DNA of 64,000 nucleotides from Alistipes sp. (GTDB lineage Bacteria > Bacteroidota > Bacteroidia > Bacteroidales > Rikenellaceae): the NCBI GenBank assembly GCA_051875395.1, contig JBJEGV010000009.1, positions 19,756-83,755 on the forward strand, read 5' to 3'. Made by a program: the position numbers and the translations under genes. Every line of letters begins with the position of its first letter. Positions within the stretch are counted from its first letter, which is position 1. The notes under the pieces were generated by a model. It ran no database searches and had not been told where the DNA came from. It saw only the letters and a program-made list of their open reading frames with translations. Positions 48,399-57,646 of this stretch are shown one piece after another.

Positions 48399-48725
48399 TT
48401 ATTTGTTGCGTATTCTGTTGATTTGTGCCACGAGGTTTTCCCAAGCCTCGTCGAGCGATGCCAAATACTTGCGACCCTCTTCGGTCAGCGTGTAGTATTT
48501 GCGCGGAGGTCCCTGCGGCGACTCTTCCCAGCGATAGGTCAGATAGCCGGCATTCTTTTGGCGGGACAGGATGGGGTAGAGCGTTCCTTCCACCACAATC
48601 ATTTGCGCCTCTTTGAGTTTGGCGATGATTTTAGGAGCATACGAGTCGCCATTGGCGAGGATTGCAAGTACGCAATAGTCCATGATGCCCTTGCGCATCT
48701 GTATTTTTGCATTGTCGTCTTTCAT
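48399..48725 (-). CDS. PadR family transcriptional regulator
   Basis: QMRKG, VVEGTLYPILSR, GPPRKYYTLTEEG. Confidence 0.93.
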   Translation of the reverse strand: MKDDNAKIQMRKGIMDYCVLAILANGDSYAPKIIAKLKEAQMIVVEGTLYPILSRQKNAGYLTYRWEESPQGPPRKYYTLTEEGRKYLASLDEAWENLVAQINRIRNK

Positions 48726-48729
48726 GGTA

Positions 48730-49251
48730 TTATATGTTTTTAGTGTTTGTTACAGGTATTGTCTCCTCCGGAATAATTATCCAAAGAACGATGTAAATCC
48801 AAATCGACAATCCTCCGAAGAGAATCAGCAGCAGAGTGATTAGTCGCAGCAGGGTAGGGTCCACGCCGAAATACTTGCCCAATCCGCCGCAGATACCGGC
48901 AATCGAGCGGTTGGTGCGCGAACGGCGGATGCGTCGCAGCGAAGCGTCGCCGTCGTTCACGTTGGTTGCGTCGTTGCGTGTCGCATTGTGCCGTGCAGGT
49001 CCGAAATCGTCCGGACGACCCATGCGTGCTATGGCCTGCTCGACGATGCGGAGCGTTACGACCATCAGCGACGAGGAACGCGACTCGTTGAATATCTCGG
49101 CAAAACGCGCCTCGATATCGTCCATCGTTTCGGTGTCGTTGTCCGCAAGCCGCGAGCGTACATCGGCAAAGTAGTTTGCCAAACGCTCGTAGGCATCTTT
49201 GTCGAGAGTGAATGCCTGCGAGCCGATGTTTGCGTTAATTGTCTCTTTCAT
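48730..49251 (-). CDS. PspC domain protein (short form)
   Basis: AFTLDKDAYERL..DIEARFAEIF; RRSRTNRSIAGICGGLGKYFGVDP..YIVLWIIIP. Confidence 0.88.
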   Translation of the reverse strand: MKETINANIGSQAFTLDKDAYERLANYFADVRSRLADNDTETMDDIEARFAEIFNESRSSSLMVVTLRIVEQAIARMGRPDDFGPARHNATRNDATNVNDGDASLRRIRRSRTNRSIAGICGGLGKYFGVDPTLLRLITLLLILFGGLSIWIYIVLWIIIPEETIPVTNTKNI

Positions 49252-49291
49252 TTCAGTATGTTTTTGTAGTGTGTTTAATATTTTAACGATG

Positions 49292-49331
49292 CAAATATAG
49301 GATAAGTTTTTATACTATGCAAAACAAAGTA
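49292..49331 (-). promoter_or_regulatory. Operon promoter with overlapping palindromic candidate PadR operator
   Basis: TATATTTG (49292-49299) and TTTG (49320-49323), 20-bp spacer; IR TACTATG-N5-CAAAGTA (49313-49331, one mismatch) covers the -33 box. Confidence 0.65.
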
Positions 49332-49422
49332 CCAAAATTTTACGGAAAAATCAAAAAAAATATAGATACACCGCAAAAAGGGGCGATGTACCTATATTTA
49401 TAATAGAATCGACAACTGCCGA

Positions 49423-50778
49423 TTATCTGTCGGCGCGTTCTTTGGATTTCGATTTTTTCTTGCCGTCGGCTTTAATTTCACGCACGAGCGGCAGACGGTC
49501 GATGTGGTCGGCACGCTCGATAAAGTAAGTGCGCATATCCTTCCAATGGTAGTACGGAGCCATGTCGCTTTCGATAGGCAGACGGCACTCCTTCTCGTTG
49601 TGCAGCAACTTCACGATTACATCGCCCGCCTTGTTGCGGTAGAAAACGAATTGCAGATTGGTTGCCATCGGGGTAATGCGGAAATCTGCCCACAACTCCT
49701 TCAAATCGGGATTGAGGAACGATGTGCGTGCGCATTCGCCCTCGACCTGCATAGCCGACAATGCGGCTATTACCGTAACGTCGTGGCCGAATCGCAAAAA
49801 TGCCGAACGACCGCCGTGTGCCAGAAAATCGTCGGCATCGCGTACGATTTCGCGCAGGAGTATCGAACCGTCATACAGAATGCCGTCGCCCCACTCCTCC
49901 GAATTGGCGAAGGTGGCGTAGCGTTGGCGGTTGATTTGTTCCCACAGTTTCATCCTCTCTTCGCCCGTGAAGATGTCGTCGATGCGTTCGTCGCCTTCGG
50001 TGTCCTGCATGATTACGCTCAAATAGAACAAATTGCGCACCAATTTGTCGTAACGTTTCTGTTCGGCGGCTATTTCATCGCGAAAATCGCTCGTGTAGAT
50101 GCGGGCGAGAACATCGCCGGCAATGGCTGCTGCCACGCTGTCGATTAACGCCTTCGGAGTCGCACCTGCCTCCTTGAACGAGTATTTGCGACCTTTCGAC
50201 GGTACGAGTACGTCGTGCCAATGGTCGTTGGTTGTCGCATAGATGTCGAGCGACGGATTCAACTCTTTCAGACGACCGTCGAATGCCGACATCGAGAGTA
50301 TGCAACGCGGTACGTTGGTGGAACGGCTCTCGATATGTATGTTTTTGCCTTTGAACAGCATCGGGTAGTTGCGATACATGCGTTCGGCAATCTCGCGGTG
50401 TTCGACGATGCCTTGCGGCGAGAGTTCGCCCATGCGTCCGCGTGAACGGTCGGCAACGCGATTGACTATCTGCTGCAACTTTTTGCCTTGCGGTGTCAAT
50501 ACCCCTTTCTTGGCCGCATTGTTGAGAAAACGCTGTGAACGGTCGTAATTCTCGGGTGCGGCGTGCCAACGCGAACCGTGTCGTCCGAAATGGCTGATGT
50601 AAACGGGTTTGTAGCCCTTCGGCACGGGGGTTGTTTCGCTCGGCTCGTAGCGATAGGTGTAGTAGATTCCGCCGGCGCAATCGGGATGCTTGGCAAAGAA
50701 TTCGGCATCGAGCGGTTGTGCCGAAATCGTCAGAGTGAATGTCGCCGCGAGGGCGAGTAACAACATTTTCAGTTTCAT
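49423..50778 (-). CDS. Exported histidine acid phosphatase (MINPP/phytase-like), paralog 2
   Basis: Start MKLKMLLLAL; RHGSRW, FGHD, PMATNLQFVFY. Confidence 0.87.
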   Translation of the reverse strand: MKLKMLLLALAATFTLTISAQPLDAEFFAKHPDCAGGIYYTYRYEPSETTPVPKGYKPVYISHFGRHGSRWHAAPENYDRSQRFLNNAAKKGVLTPQGKKLQQIVNRVADRSRGRMGELSPQGIVEHREIAERMYRNYPMLFKGKNIHIESRSTNVPRCILSMSAFDGRLKELNPSLDIYATTNDHWHDVLVPSKGRKYSFKEAGATPKALIDSVAAAIAGDVLARIYTSDFRDEIAAEQKRYDKLVRNLFYLSVIMQDTEGDERIDDIFTGEERMKLWEQINRQRYATFANSEEWGDGILYDGSILLREIVRDADDFLAHGGRSAFLRFGHDVTVIAALSAMQVEGECARTSFLNPDLKELWADFRITPMATNLQFVFYRNKAGDVIVKLLHNEKECRLPIESDMAPYYHWKDMRTYFIERADHIDRLPLVREIKADGKKKSKSKERADR

Positions 50779-50815
50779 TTGTCGTATATCCTTTCGTTTT
50801 GGTTTCTGATGCGGC

Positions 50816-52099
50816 TTATAGTCGGCTTTCGAGATATTTTCGCAAATCCTCCCAGCGGTAGTAATACGAATCGACAGGCTCGCCTGCCTCTGCATCGAGC
50901 CGTTGTACCCGTTCGCAGAAGAGTACCTTTACGAGTATGTCGCCCGCCTTGTTGCGGAAAAATACGAGTTGGACGTTCGATGCCATGGGCGATACCGTAT
51001 TGACCTGCCAATGGTAGCCTATGTTGGCGTAATCGTCCGAGATTGTTGCGCCGCACTCGATGCCCAGCAGATTGACAATCGGGATTATGGTGGCATCGTG
51101 GGCAAAGCGCAGCGTAGCCTGCTCGTCGCCCGTGGCAATGGCGCGATTGGCGGTTTCGATTATGTTGCGCAACAACGGTCTCGCTCCGCTGCGCACCTTC
51201 TCGACAAATGGCGCGGAAGGTCCCGTGAGTATGTATCGGCGCATGTTGCAGCATCGCCACAACGCTGCCAATTCATCTTCGGTAAAGAGGTAGTCGAACG
51301 TCGATATACCTACATGCGGAGTTGCCAAAAGGATGGCGTTGGCGAGATACATCTCGTACATGAAATCGTTGGTATCCCCGATTCGTTCGTTTGCCACGCG
51401 GCTGCCTTCGGTAAAGAGCGATGCGATAAACCTCGTTTGGTCGGGCATGTTGGCACGCCGCACGGAATCGCTGATGCGCGTCGCCTCGGTCTTGATGTCG
51501 TTGAGACCGGAGTATGCCGCCAGATAGTAGGCATTGGCATTGCTTGCCTCCATGGTTATATCGGCTTCGGGAGCCAATCGCGCGAGTTCGCCCGCAAAGG
51601 CTGCCATGGAGAGTATGCAGCGCGGTACGATTGTGGAACGGCAATCGACATGTGCCGGTTTGCCTTTTCGGGTGGCGAACACTTCGGGATAGGAGCGATA
51701 CATGCGTTGCGCTATGCCTCTGTGTTCTGCTGCTCCGAGTGGCGAGAGGTCGCCGTAATGCTCTTCCGCGTCTGCTGCAATGCGTTGCCAATCGGCATAA
51801 AACCGTTCGCCCGTGGCTGTCAGTTCACCCGCCTTGTGCGCTGCGGCAAATATGTCGAGCGGCTCGTCGTACAGCCGTCTGTGAACCGTCCAGCGGCAAC
51901 CATGCCGTCCGAGATGGCTGATGTAGAACGGCTTGTAGCCCTTCGGAGCGGGTGCATCGTCGGATATGCGCTCGACAGGATAGGGGCGATACAATTCGCA
52001 ATAGTAGAGCGAATCGATTTGCCGAATCTCTGCGGCCGATTGCGCCGATACGGAGAGTACCGCAAACAGCGCAGGAATGGAGCATAAAAGTTTTTTCAT
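50816..52099 (-). CDS. Exported histidine acid phosphatase (MINPP/phytase-like), paralog 1
   Basis: Signal peptide; RHGCRW, FAHD, PMASNVQLVFF. Confidence 0.87.
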   Translation of the reverse strand: MKKLLCSIPALFAVLSVSAQSAAEIRQIDSLYYCELYRPYPVERISDDAPAPKGYKPFYISHLGRHGCRWTVHRRLYDEPLDIFAAAHKAGELTATGERFYADWQRIAADAEEHYGDLSPLGAAEHRGIAQRMYRSYPEVFATRKGKPAHVDCRSTIVPRCILSMAAFAGELARLAPEADITMEASNANAYYLAAYSGLNDIKTEATRISDSVRRANMPDQTRFIASLFTEGSRVANERIGDTNDFMYEMYLANAILLATPHVGISTFDYLFTEDELAALWRCCNMRRYILTGPSAPFVEKVRSGARPLLRNIIETANRAIATGDEQATLRFAHDATIIPIVNLLGIECGATISDDYANIGYHWQVNTVSPMASNVQLVFFRNKAGDILVKVLFCERVQRLDAEAGEPVDSYYYRWEDLRKYLESRL

Positions 52100-52117
52100 C
52101 GGAAAAGGTTGGTTCTG

Positions 52118-53401
52118 TTATTGTTTGTTGGTCATTATTTCCAAAATCAGTTTGTCGGTCTGCTGCATGCCGTTGCGCCCTATGTTCGTAAGGTTGTGGA
52201 TGCAGCGATCGACATCGTCGTCGATGATGCCCTCCAAAGAGGTGGTATGCCGGTGCTGTATGGCAAGTACGGCAGAGAGTACGGCTGTGGCCACGCCGCT
52301 CGTTACTTTGAGCGAGCAACTCGGCTTGGCTCCGTCGCAAATCATTCCGGTCAGATTCGCCACCATATTCTTTACGGCATAGGTAACCTCCTCATAGCCT
52401 CCGCCCATCAGATAAGTGATGCCGCAACTCGACCCTGTGGCGGCCACAACGCAACCGCATAATGCCGACAGACGGCCGAGGCTCTGTTTGATATAGATGA
52501 CCGTCAGGTGGCTCAAAGCGAGCGCACGCAACAGCCTTTCGTGCGAAGCGTTGTTCGCTTGTCCGAAAATCACGACAGGCACGGTAGCCGATATTCCCTG
52601 ATTGCCGCTGCCCGAATTGCTCATTACCGGTACCATGGCTCCGCTCATGCGGGCATCGCAGGCACCGCTCGTATAGGAGAGTATGCGGGCGAACAGCGTG
52701 TCGCCGAATATGGTGTGATGACTGTCGTCGTGCAACATGCGTCCGAGTCCGTGTCCGTAATCGCCCGTAAACGAGAGTTCTGCCGCCGAGATGTTCATCT
52801 GCGCCGACTGCCAAAGAAATTCGATGTCGGCAAGCGGTACGGTCGTTGCGAAGTCGAAGACTTGACGCATCGACAGTTCGCTGTCGCTGCTGTCCGTTGC
52901 GCACGAATCGGCAGCGGTGCCGTCGAGCAACTGCCGACCGTTGAGAACGATACTCGTGAAATTGGTGTGCGAGCCGGCGATTACTGCCGTTGCGGTGTCG
53001 TCGCCGTCGAATACCGTGGCGGAGATGTAAAGGATATGTCCGCTGCGGCTGTCGGTGCCGATTTTTATCGGAGTGTCGGCTATATAACGCTTACCCTTCT
53101 CGACCGATTCGGGGGTTACGTCGCGCAGCACTTCGAGTCCGTATGCCGATTTGCCGACCAATGCGCCGAGTGCAATGGCTATCGGCAGCCCTATCATCCC
53201 CGTATTGGGAATGCCGACACCCATCGCATTTTTGTAGATGTTGGGGCTTAATGCGACCTCGATGCGCGTCGGAGTGCGGCCGAGCGTTTCGCAAGCCTTG
53301 GCTACACACAACGCCACGGCAATCGGCTCTGTACAACCGATTGCGGGAATAACCTCGCGTTTGATTAGCGACAATATGTCGTCGAATTCGGAGCGTGTCA
53401 T
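52118..53401 (-). CDS. UPF0597 / serine dehydratase alpha-like, L-cysteine desulfidase family
   Basis: Start MTRSEFDD; PAIGCTEP, KNAMGVGIP, CDARMSG, MSNSGSGNQGI, SALCGC, GMICDGAKPSCSLK. Confidence 0.85.
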   Translation of the reverse strand: MTRSEFDDILSLIKREVIPAIGCTEPIAVALCVAKACETLGRTPTRIEVALSPNIYKNAMGVGIPNTGMIGLPIAIALGALVGKSAYGLEVLRDVTPESVEKGKRYIADTPIKIGTDSRSGHILYISATVFDGDDTATAVIAGSHTNFTSIVLNGRQLLDGTAADSCATDSSDSELSMRQVFDFATTVPLADIEFLWQSAQMNISAAELSFTGDYGHGLGRMLHDDSHHTIFGDTLFARILSYTSGACDARMSGAMVPVMSNSGSGNQGISATVPVVIFGQANNASHERLLRALALSHLTVIYIKQSLGRLSALCGCVVAATGSSCGITYLMGGGYEEVTYAVKNMVANLTGMICDGAKPSCSLKVTSGVATAVLSAVLAIQHRHTTSLEGIIDDDVDRCIHNLTNIGRNGMQQTDKLILEIMTNKQ

Positions 53402-53424
53402 TTTTGACCTGTTTAGCTGATGCA

Positions 53425-53456
53425 CAAATATACGCTTTTTTTTGCAGTTGGGCAAA
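53425..53456 (-). promoter_or_regulatory. Promoter of the desulfidase-phosphatase unit
   Basis: TATATTTG (53425-53432) and TTTG (53453-53456), 20-bp spacer. Confidence 0.75.
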
Positions 53457-53502
53457 TATCGGCGCAAGTTCGGCGGATGAGGATTGTCGGGCGGCATGCG
53501 GG

Positions 53503-54081
53503 TCAGAGCAATCCCGCTTCATAGGCACGGACGATTTGGTCGAGCAGACGGTCGGTGCCCTCGGGGTCGTATTCGAGTTTGAGATTGTTGCCGAACAGCC
53601 GAGCCATGGCCTGCCAGAAACCTGCCACGAAACCTCCACGGAACTCCTTGACGATTTCGTATGCCGTGTATTCGGTTTCGCGGTCGATTAGTTTCAGCAG
53701 CACGCGCCCCTCCGATACGGTCATCTTGCGGAGAACGGGCGTATATTTTTTGATAATCATCTTTTGGATGCCCTTGATGTAGAGTTCGCGGTCGCGTTTC
53801 GATGGCAGCCGTTTCAACTCCTGTTCCATAAGTGCCATTTCCCGTTTGGCCTCCTGCGCAATGGGATATACCTTTTTGACGGCGCGTACCAATCGGTCGT
53901 AACGGCGCATGTCCCGTCGGCGGGCGTAGGTGCGTATCGGCAGTATGTGAATCAGAGCGACGGAATCGCCGTTGTCGATGCTCCATTCGGAATACCAAAC
54001 GCCTTTTGCACGCCGTTGTCCCGCAGCATCGGGAGCAAGGGTGCAAATCGCAAGCAGAAGTATGAGCAGGCGTTTGAACAT
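53503..54081 (-). CDS. DUF4294 family protein
   Basis: Start MFKRLLILL, signal peptide; LVRAVKKVYPIA, GRVLLKLIDRET, FWQAMARLFG. Confidence 0.82.
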   Translation of the reverse strand: MFKRLLILLLAICTLAPDAAGQRRAKGVWYSEWSIDNGDSVALIHILPIRTYARRRDMRRYDRLVRAVKKVYPIAQEAKREMALMEQELKRLPSKRDRELYIKGIQKMIIKKYTPVLRKMTVSEGRVLLKLIDRETEYTAYEIVKEFRGGFVAGFWQAMARLFGNNLKLEYDPEGTDRLLDQIVRAYEAGLL

Positions 54082-54162
54082 AATAATCGTTGTAAATATA
54101 GCATAAAAATAAACGTATTGATGCGGGAAAGTATTACTTTTGCCGTATAAATCGTAAAAACC

Positions 54163-54534
54163 ATGAAGACAGGATTGACTTATACGTCTTATACGACAGT
54201 CGGGGAGTCGAATACGGCATGTGCGGCAGGCTCGGGCGATTTGGAGGTGTTCGCTACTCCGGCAATGGCGGCTTTGATGGAGAATGCGGCGATGTTGGCC
54301 GTTGCTCCCGCACTCGACGAATCGCAGACGACTGTCGGCTCGCAAATCGACACCACGCACATCAGACCGTCGGCTGTCGGTGCGAAGGTGTCGGCAACTG
54401 CCGTGCTTACGGCCGTCGAAGGGCGCAAATTGACTTTTAGTGTGTCGGCTTGCGACGAGCAGGGCGTTATCGGCGAAGGAACGCATGTGCGCTACATTGT
54501 CGATAGGGCGAAGTTCCTTGCCAAGTTGAAGTAA
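54163..54534 (+). CDS. FlK-like hotdog thioesterase
   Basis: VFATPAMAALMENAA (Thr/Glu), TVG..IDTTH (His), GEGTHVR; -7 box TACTTTTG 54135-54142. Confidence 0.88.
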   Translation: MKTGLTYTSYTTVGESNTACAAGSGDLEVFATPAMAALMENAAMLAVAPALDESQTTVGSQIDTTHIRPSAVGAKVSATAVLTAVEGRKLTFSVSACDEQGVIGEGTHVRYIVDRAKFLAKLK

Positions 54535-54621
54535 ATTTCGATTCAAAGCCCCATTGTACCACTGCCGATTCCGAAATTTTTGCTACCTTCGCACCGCATA
54601 ACCGCATAACACCGAAAATTT

Positions 54622-55947
54622 ATGTTTGAAAATTTAACCGATAAACTCGAACGGTCGTTCAAAATTCTCAAAGGCGAGGGCCGTATTACCGAGATAAATG
54701 TTGCGGAGACGCTCAAAGAGATTCGTCGTGCGCTTATCGATGCCGATGTCAATTACAAGGTCGCCAAATCGTTTACGGACGAGGTAAAGCAGAAGGCTTT
54801 GGGGCAGGATGTGTTGAAGTCGGTCAAACCGGGGCAGATGATGACCAAAATCGTCCGCGACGAATTGGCCGCTTTGATGGGCGGTACGGCGACGGACATC
54901 AAATTGGAGGGTACGCCTGCGGTTGTGCTGATTGCCGGTTTGCAGGGCTCGGGTAAAACGACCTTTTCGGGCAAGATAGCATCGTACATCAAGAGCAAAA
55001 AGGGTCGTCAGGTGTTGTTGGTTGCGGGCGACGTATATCGTCCTGCGGCAATCGAGCAGTTGAAAATACTCGGCGGGCAAATCGGAGTGCCGGTCTATAC
55101 GGAGGAGGGCAACCAAAATCCGGTGCAGATTGCCGAGAATGCCGTTAAATATGCGCGTGCCAACAATTTCAACGTGGTTATAGTCGATACGGCGGGACGT
55201 TTGGCTGTCGATGAGGCGATGATGCAGGAGATAACGGCAATCAAGGCTGCCGTGCGTCCGAGCGAAACGCTCTTCGTGGTCGATTCGATGACGGGACAGG
55301 ATGCCGTGAATACCGCCCGCGAGTTCAACGAGCGTCTCGATTTCGACGGCGTGGTATTGACGAAGTTGGATGGCGATACGAGAGGCGGTGCGGCCATCTC
55401 GATTCGTTCGGTCGTGAACAAACCTCTCAAATTTATTTCGAGCGGCGAAAAGATGGATGCCTTGCAGGTGTTCCATCCCGAGCGCATGGCCGACCGAATA
55501 CTCGGCATGGGCGATGTGGTGTCGCTCGTGGAACGCGCACAGGAGCAGTACGACGAGGCCGCTGCACGGCAGTTGAAAAAGAAAATCGTCAAGAATCAGT
55601 TCAATTTCAACGACTTCATAGCCCAAATCAACCAAATCAAAAAGATGGGCAATCTGAAAGATATAGCCTCGATGATTCCGGGTATGGGCAAGATGCTCAA
55701 AAACGTGGAAATCGGAGACGACGCTTTCAAGCAGACCGAGGCGATTATCGGGTCGATGACGCCGCTCGAACGAGAGCGTCCCGAGATTATCAATGCTCGT
55801 CGCCGCGAGCGCATCGCCAAGGGCAGCGGAACGACCATGGCGGATGTGAATCGTCTGCTCAAACAGTTCGAGGATACGCGCAAGATGATGAAGATGGCGG
55901 CAGGCGGCAAATTGCAGATGCCGAAGATGCCGATGTTCCGCCGATAA
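54622..55947 (+). CDS. ffh: Signal recognition particle protein Ffh
   Basis: MFENLTDKL, GLQGSGKTT, DTAGR, TKLDGDTRGG, PERMADRILGMGD, Met-rich M domain. Confidence 0.97.
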   Translation: MFENLTDKLERSFKILKGEGRITEINVAETLKEIRRALIDADVNYKVAKSFTDEVKQKALGQDVLKSVKPGQMMTKIVRDELAALMGGTATDIKLEGTPAVVLIAGLQGSGKTTFSGKIASYIKSKKGRQVLLVAGDVYRPAAIEQLKILGGQIGVPVYTEEGNQNPVQIAENAVKYARANNFNVVIVDTAGRLAVDEAMMQEITAIKAAVRPSETLFVVDSMTGQDAVNTAREFNERLDFDGVVLTKLDGDTRGGAAISIRSVVNKPLKFISSGEKMDALQVFHPERMADRILGMGDVVSLVERAQEQYDEAAARQLKKKIVKNQFNFNDFIAQINQIKKMGNLKDIASMIPGMGKMLKNVEIGDDAFKQTEAIIGSMTPLERERPEIINARRRERIAKGSGTTMADVNRLLKQFEDTRKMMKMAAGGKLQMPKMPMFRR

Positions 55948-55970
55948 GCGAATTGGACATCCTAATACAC

Positions 55971-56001
55971 GACGACCGCCGAAACATTTTCGGCGGTCGT
56001 C
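55971..56001. terminator. Bidirectional terminator
   Basis: 14-bp IR GACGACCGCCGAAA / TTTCGGCGGTCGTC. Confidence 0.8.
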
Positions 56002-56022
56002 TTATTCTGTATGAGATTGTGT

Positions 56023-56964
56023 CTAATGGAAGAATATCGACGAAATCTCTTTGTAGTTGTGGACGCGCTCGATGACCTCGGCAAAGATGTCGGCGCACGA
56101 CAAAACCGTAAACTTGTGCAGGTCTTTGTCTTCGCGGAGCGGAATGGTATCGGAGACGATAACCTCTTCGAGTGCGCTGTCGTTGATGCGCTCGTATGCC
56201 GCGCCGGAGAGGACAGGGTGGGTGATTGCCGCCCTAACGCTCTTTGCGCCGCGCTCCATCAACATATTCGCCGCCATGCAGATAGTGCCTGCCGTGTCAA
56301 TCATATCATCGACGATGAGGATATTGCGCCCTTCGACATCGCCTATGGCGGTTATGCTGCCGACGACATTCGGTTTGGCGCGTTCCTTGTGCGAGATGAT
56401 GATAGGGGTTTCGAGCAATTTCGCATAAGTACCTGCCCGCTTCGCTCCACCCATGTCGGGTGCCGCGATTGACAAATTCTCGATGTTCAGACTTTTTATA
56501 TAAGGTATGAACATGCCCGTTGCGTAGAGTGCATCGACGGGAACATCGAAAAATCCCTGAATCTGGTCGGCATGGAGGTCCATGGTCATAATTCGGTCCA
56601 CACCTGCGGCGACAAGCATGTTTGCCACCAACTTAGAGGTAATCGGTACGCGCGGACGGTCTTTGCGGTCCTGTCGCGCCCAACCGAAATAAGGAATTAC
56701 GGCGATAACCTTGTATGCCGATGCGCGGCGTGCGGCGTCAATCATCATCAGCAACTCCATAAGGTTGTCCGACTTGGGGAATGTGGACTGAATGATGAAT
56801 ACGGTGCAGCCTCGGATTGATTCGTTGTAGCGCGGCTGGAACTCGCCGTCGCTGAATTCGAGACAATCGCTGTCTCCAAGGGTGGTACCGTAGGCGGTTA
56901 CAATCTTCTCCGCCAGATAGCGGGAGTTGCGACCTGCGAAAAATTTGATTTTGTGGATAGCCAT
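56023..56964 (-). CDS. prs: Ribose-phosphate pyrophosphokinase
   Basis: FSDGE, PYFGWARQDRK, MDLHADQIQGFF, APDMGG, VDDMIDTAGT. Confidence 0.96.
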   Translation of the reverse strand: MAIHKIKFFAGRNSRYLAEKIVTAYGTTLGDSDCLEFSDGEFQPRYNESIRGCTVFIIQSTFPKSDNLMELLMMIDAARRASAYKVIAVIPYFGWARQDRKDRPRVPITSKLVANMLVAAGVDRIMTMDLHADQIQGFFDVPVDALYATGMFIPYIKSLNIENLSIAAPDMGGAKRAGTYAKLLETPIIISHKERAKPNVVGSITAIGDVEGRNILIVDDMIDTAGTICMAANMLMERGAKSVRAAITHPVLSGAAYERINDSALEEVIVSDTIPLREDKDLHKFTVLSCADIFAEVIERVHNYKEISSIFFH

Positions 56965-57043
56965 AATGTTGTATTATGTGTGTAGTGTTTTTCTGCTTCG
57001 AAGATAACTATTTAGTTTGAAAAAAGCACGCTTTATAATTAAA

Positions 57044-57631
57044 TTATTTTAAGATATTATCAACAAACGCCAAAATCTCCTCTTTGCCCATGCCGTTTGC
57101 GCTCGATGAGACGAACATCGGAGGCAACTCCTCCCACTGCTCGGAGAGCGTCTTGGAGTAGGTCTCGATGCTGCGCCGACGTTGTGCCGCCGACAGTTTC
57201 TCGCATTTGGTAAAGATGATTCCGAACGGTATGCCGTGCATGCCGAGTTGCTCGATAAAGGCGAGGTCGATGCGTTGCGGCTCGATGCGCGAATCGACCA
57301 GAACGAACAGAAAGTGGAGCCGTTCGCACTTGAAAACATAGTCGGTGATGATTTTGGCAAAACCGCTTCGTTGGTTTTTCGAGGTGCGGGCATAGCCGTA
57401 CCCCGGTAAATCGACCAAATACCATTCGCCGTCGATGAGAAAGTGGTTTATCAGGCGCGTTTTCCCCGGTGTGCCGGATACCTTCGCAAGTCCCTTGCGC
57501 CCCGTGAGCATATTGATAAGCGACGATTTGCCCACGTTGCTGCGACCGATGAACGCGATGTCTTTCAATCCGTCCTTCGGTACCTGCCCGAGCCGCTCGG
57601 AACTGCATTTGAATTCTGCTCTCGCAATCAT
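57044..57631 (-). CDS. engB: Ribosome biogenesis GTPase EngB/YihA/YsxC
   Basis: GRSNVGKSSLIN, SGTPGKT, DLPGYGY, TKCEK. Confidence 0.93.
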   Translation of the reverse strand: MIARAEFKCSSERLGQVPKDGLKDIAFIGRSNVGKSSLINMLTGRKGLAKVSGTPGKTRLINHFLIDGEWYLVDLPGYGYARTSKNQRSGFAKIITDYVFKCERLHFLFVLVDSRIEPQRIDLAFIEQLGMHGIPFGIIFTKCEKLSAAQRRRSIETYSKTLSEQWEELPPMFVSSSANGMGKEEILAFVDNILK

Positions 57632-57646
57632 CTCCGATGCCGAAAT

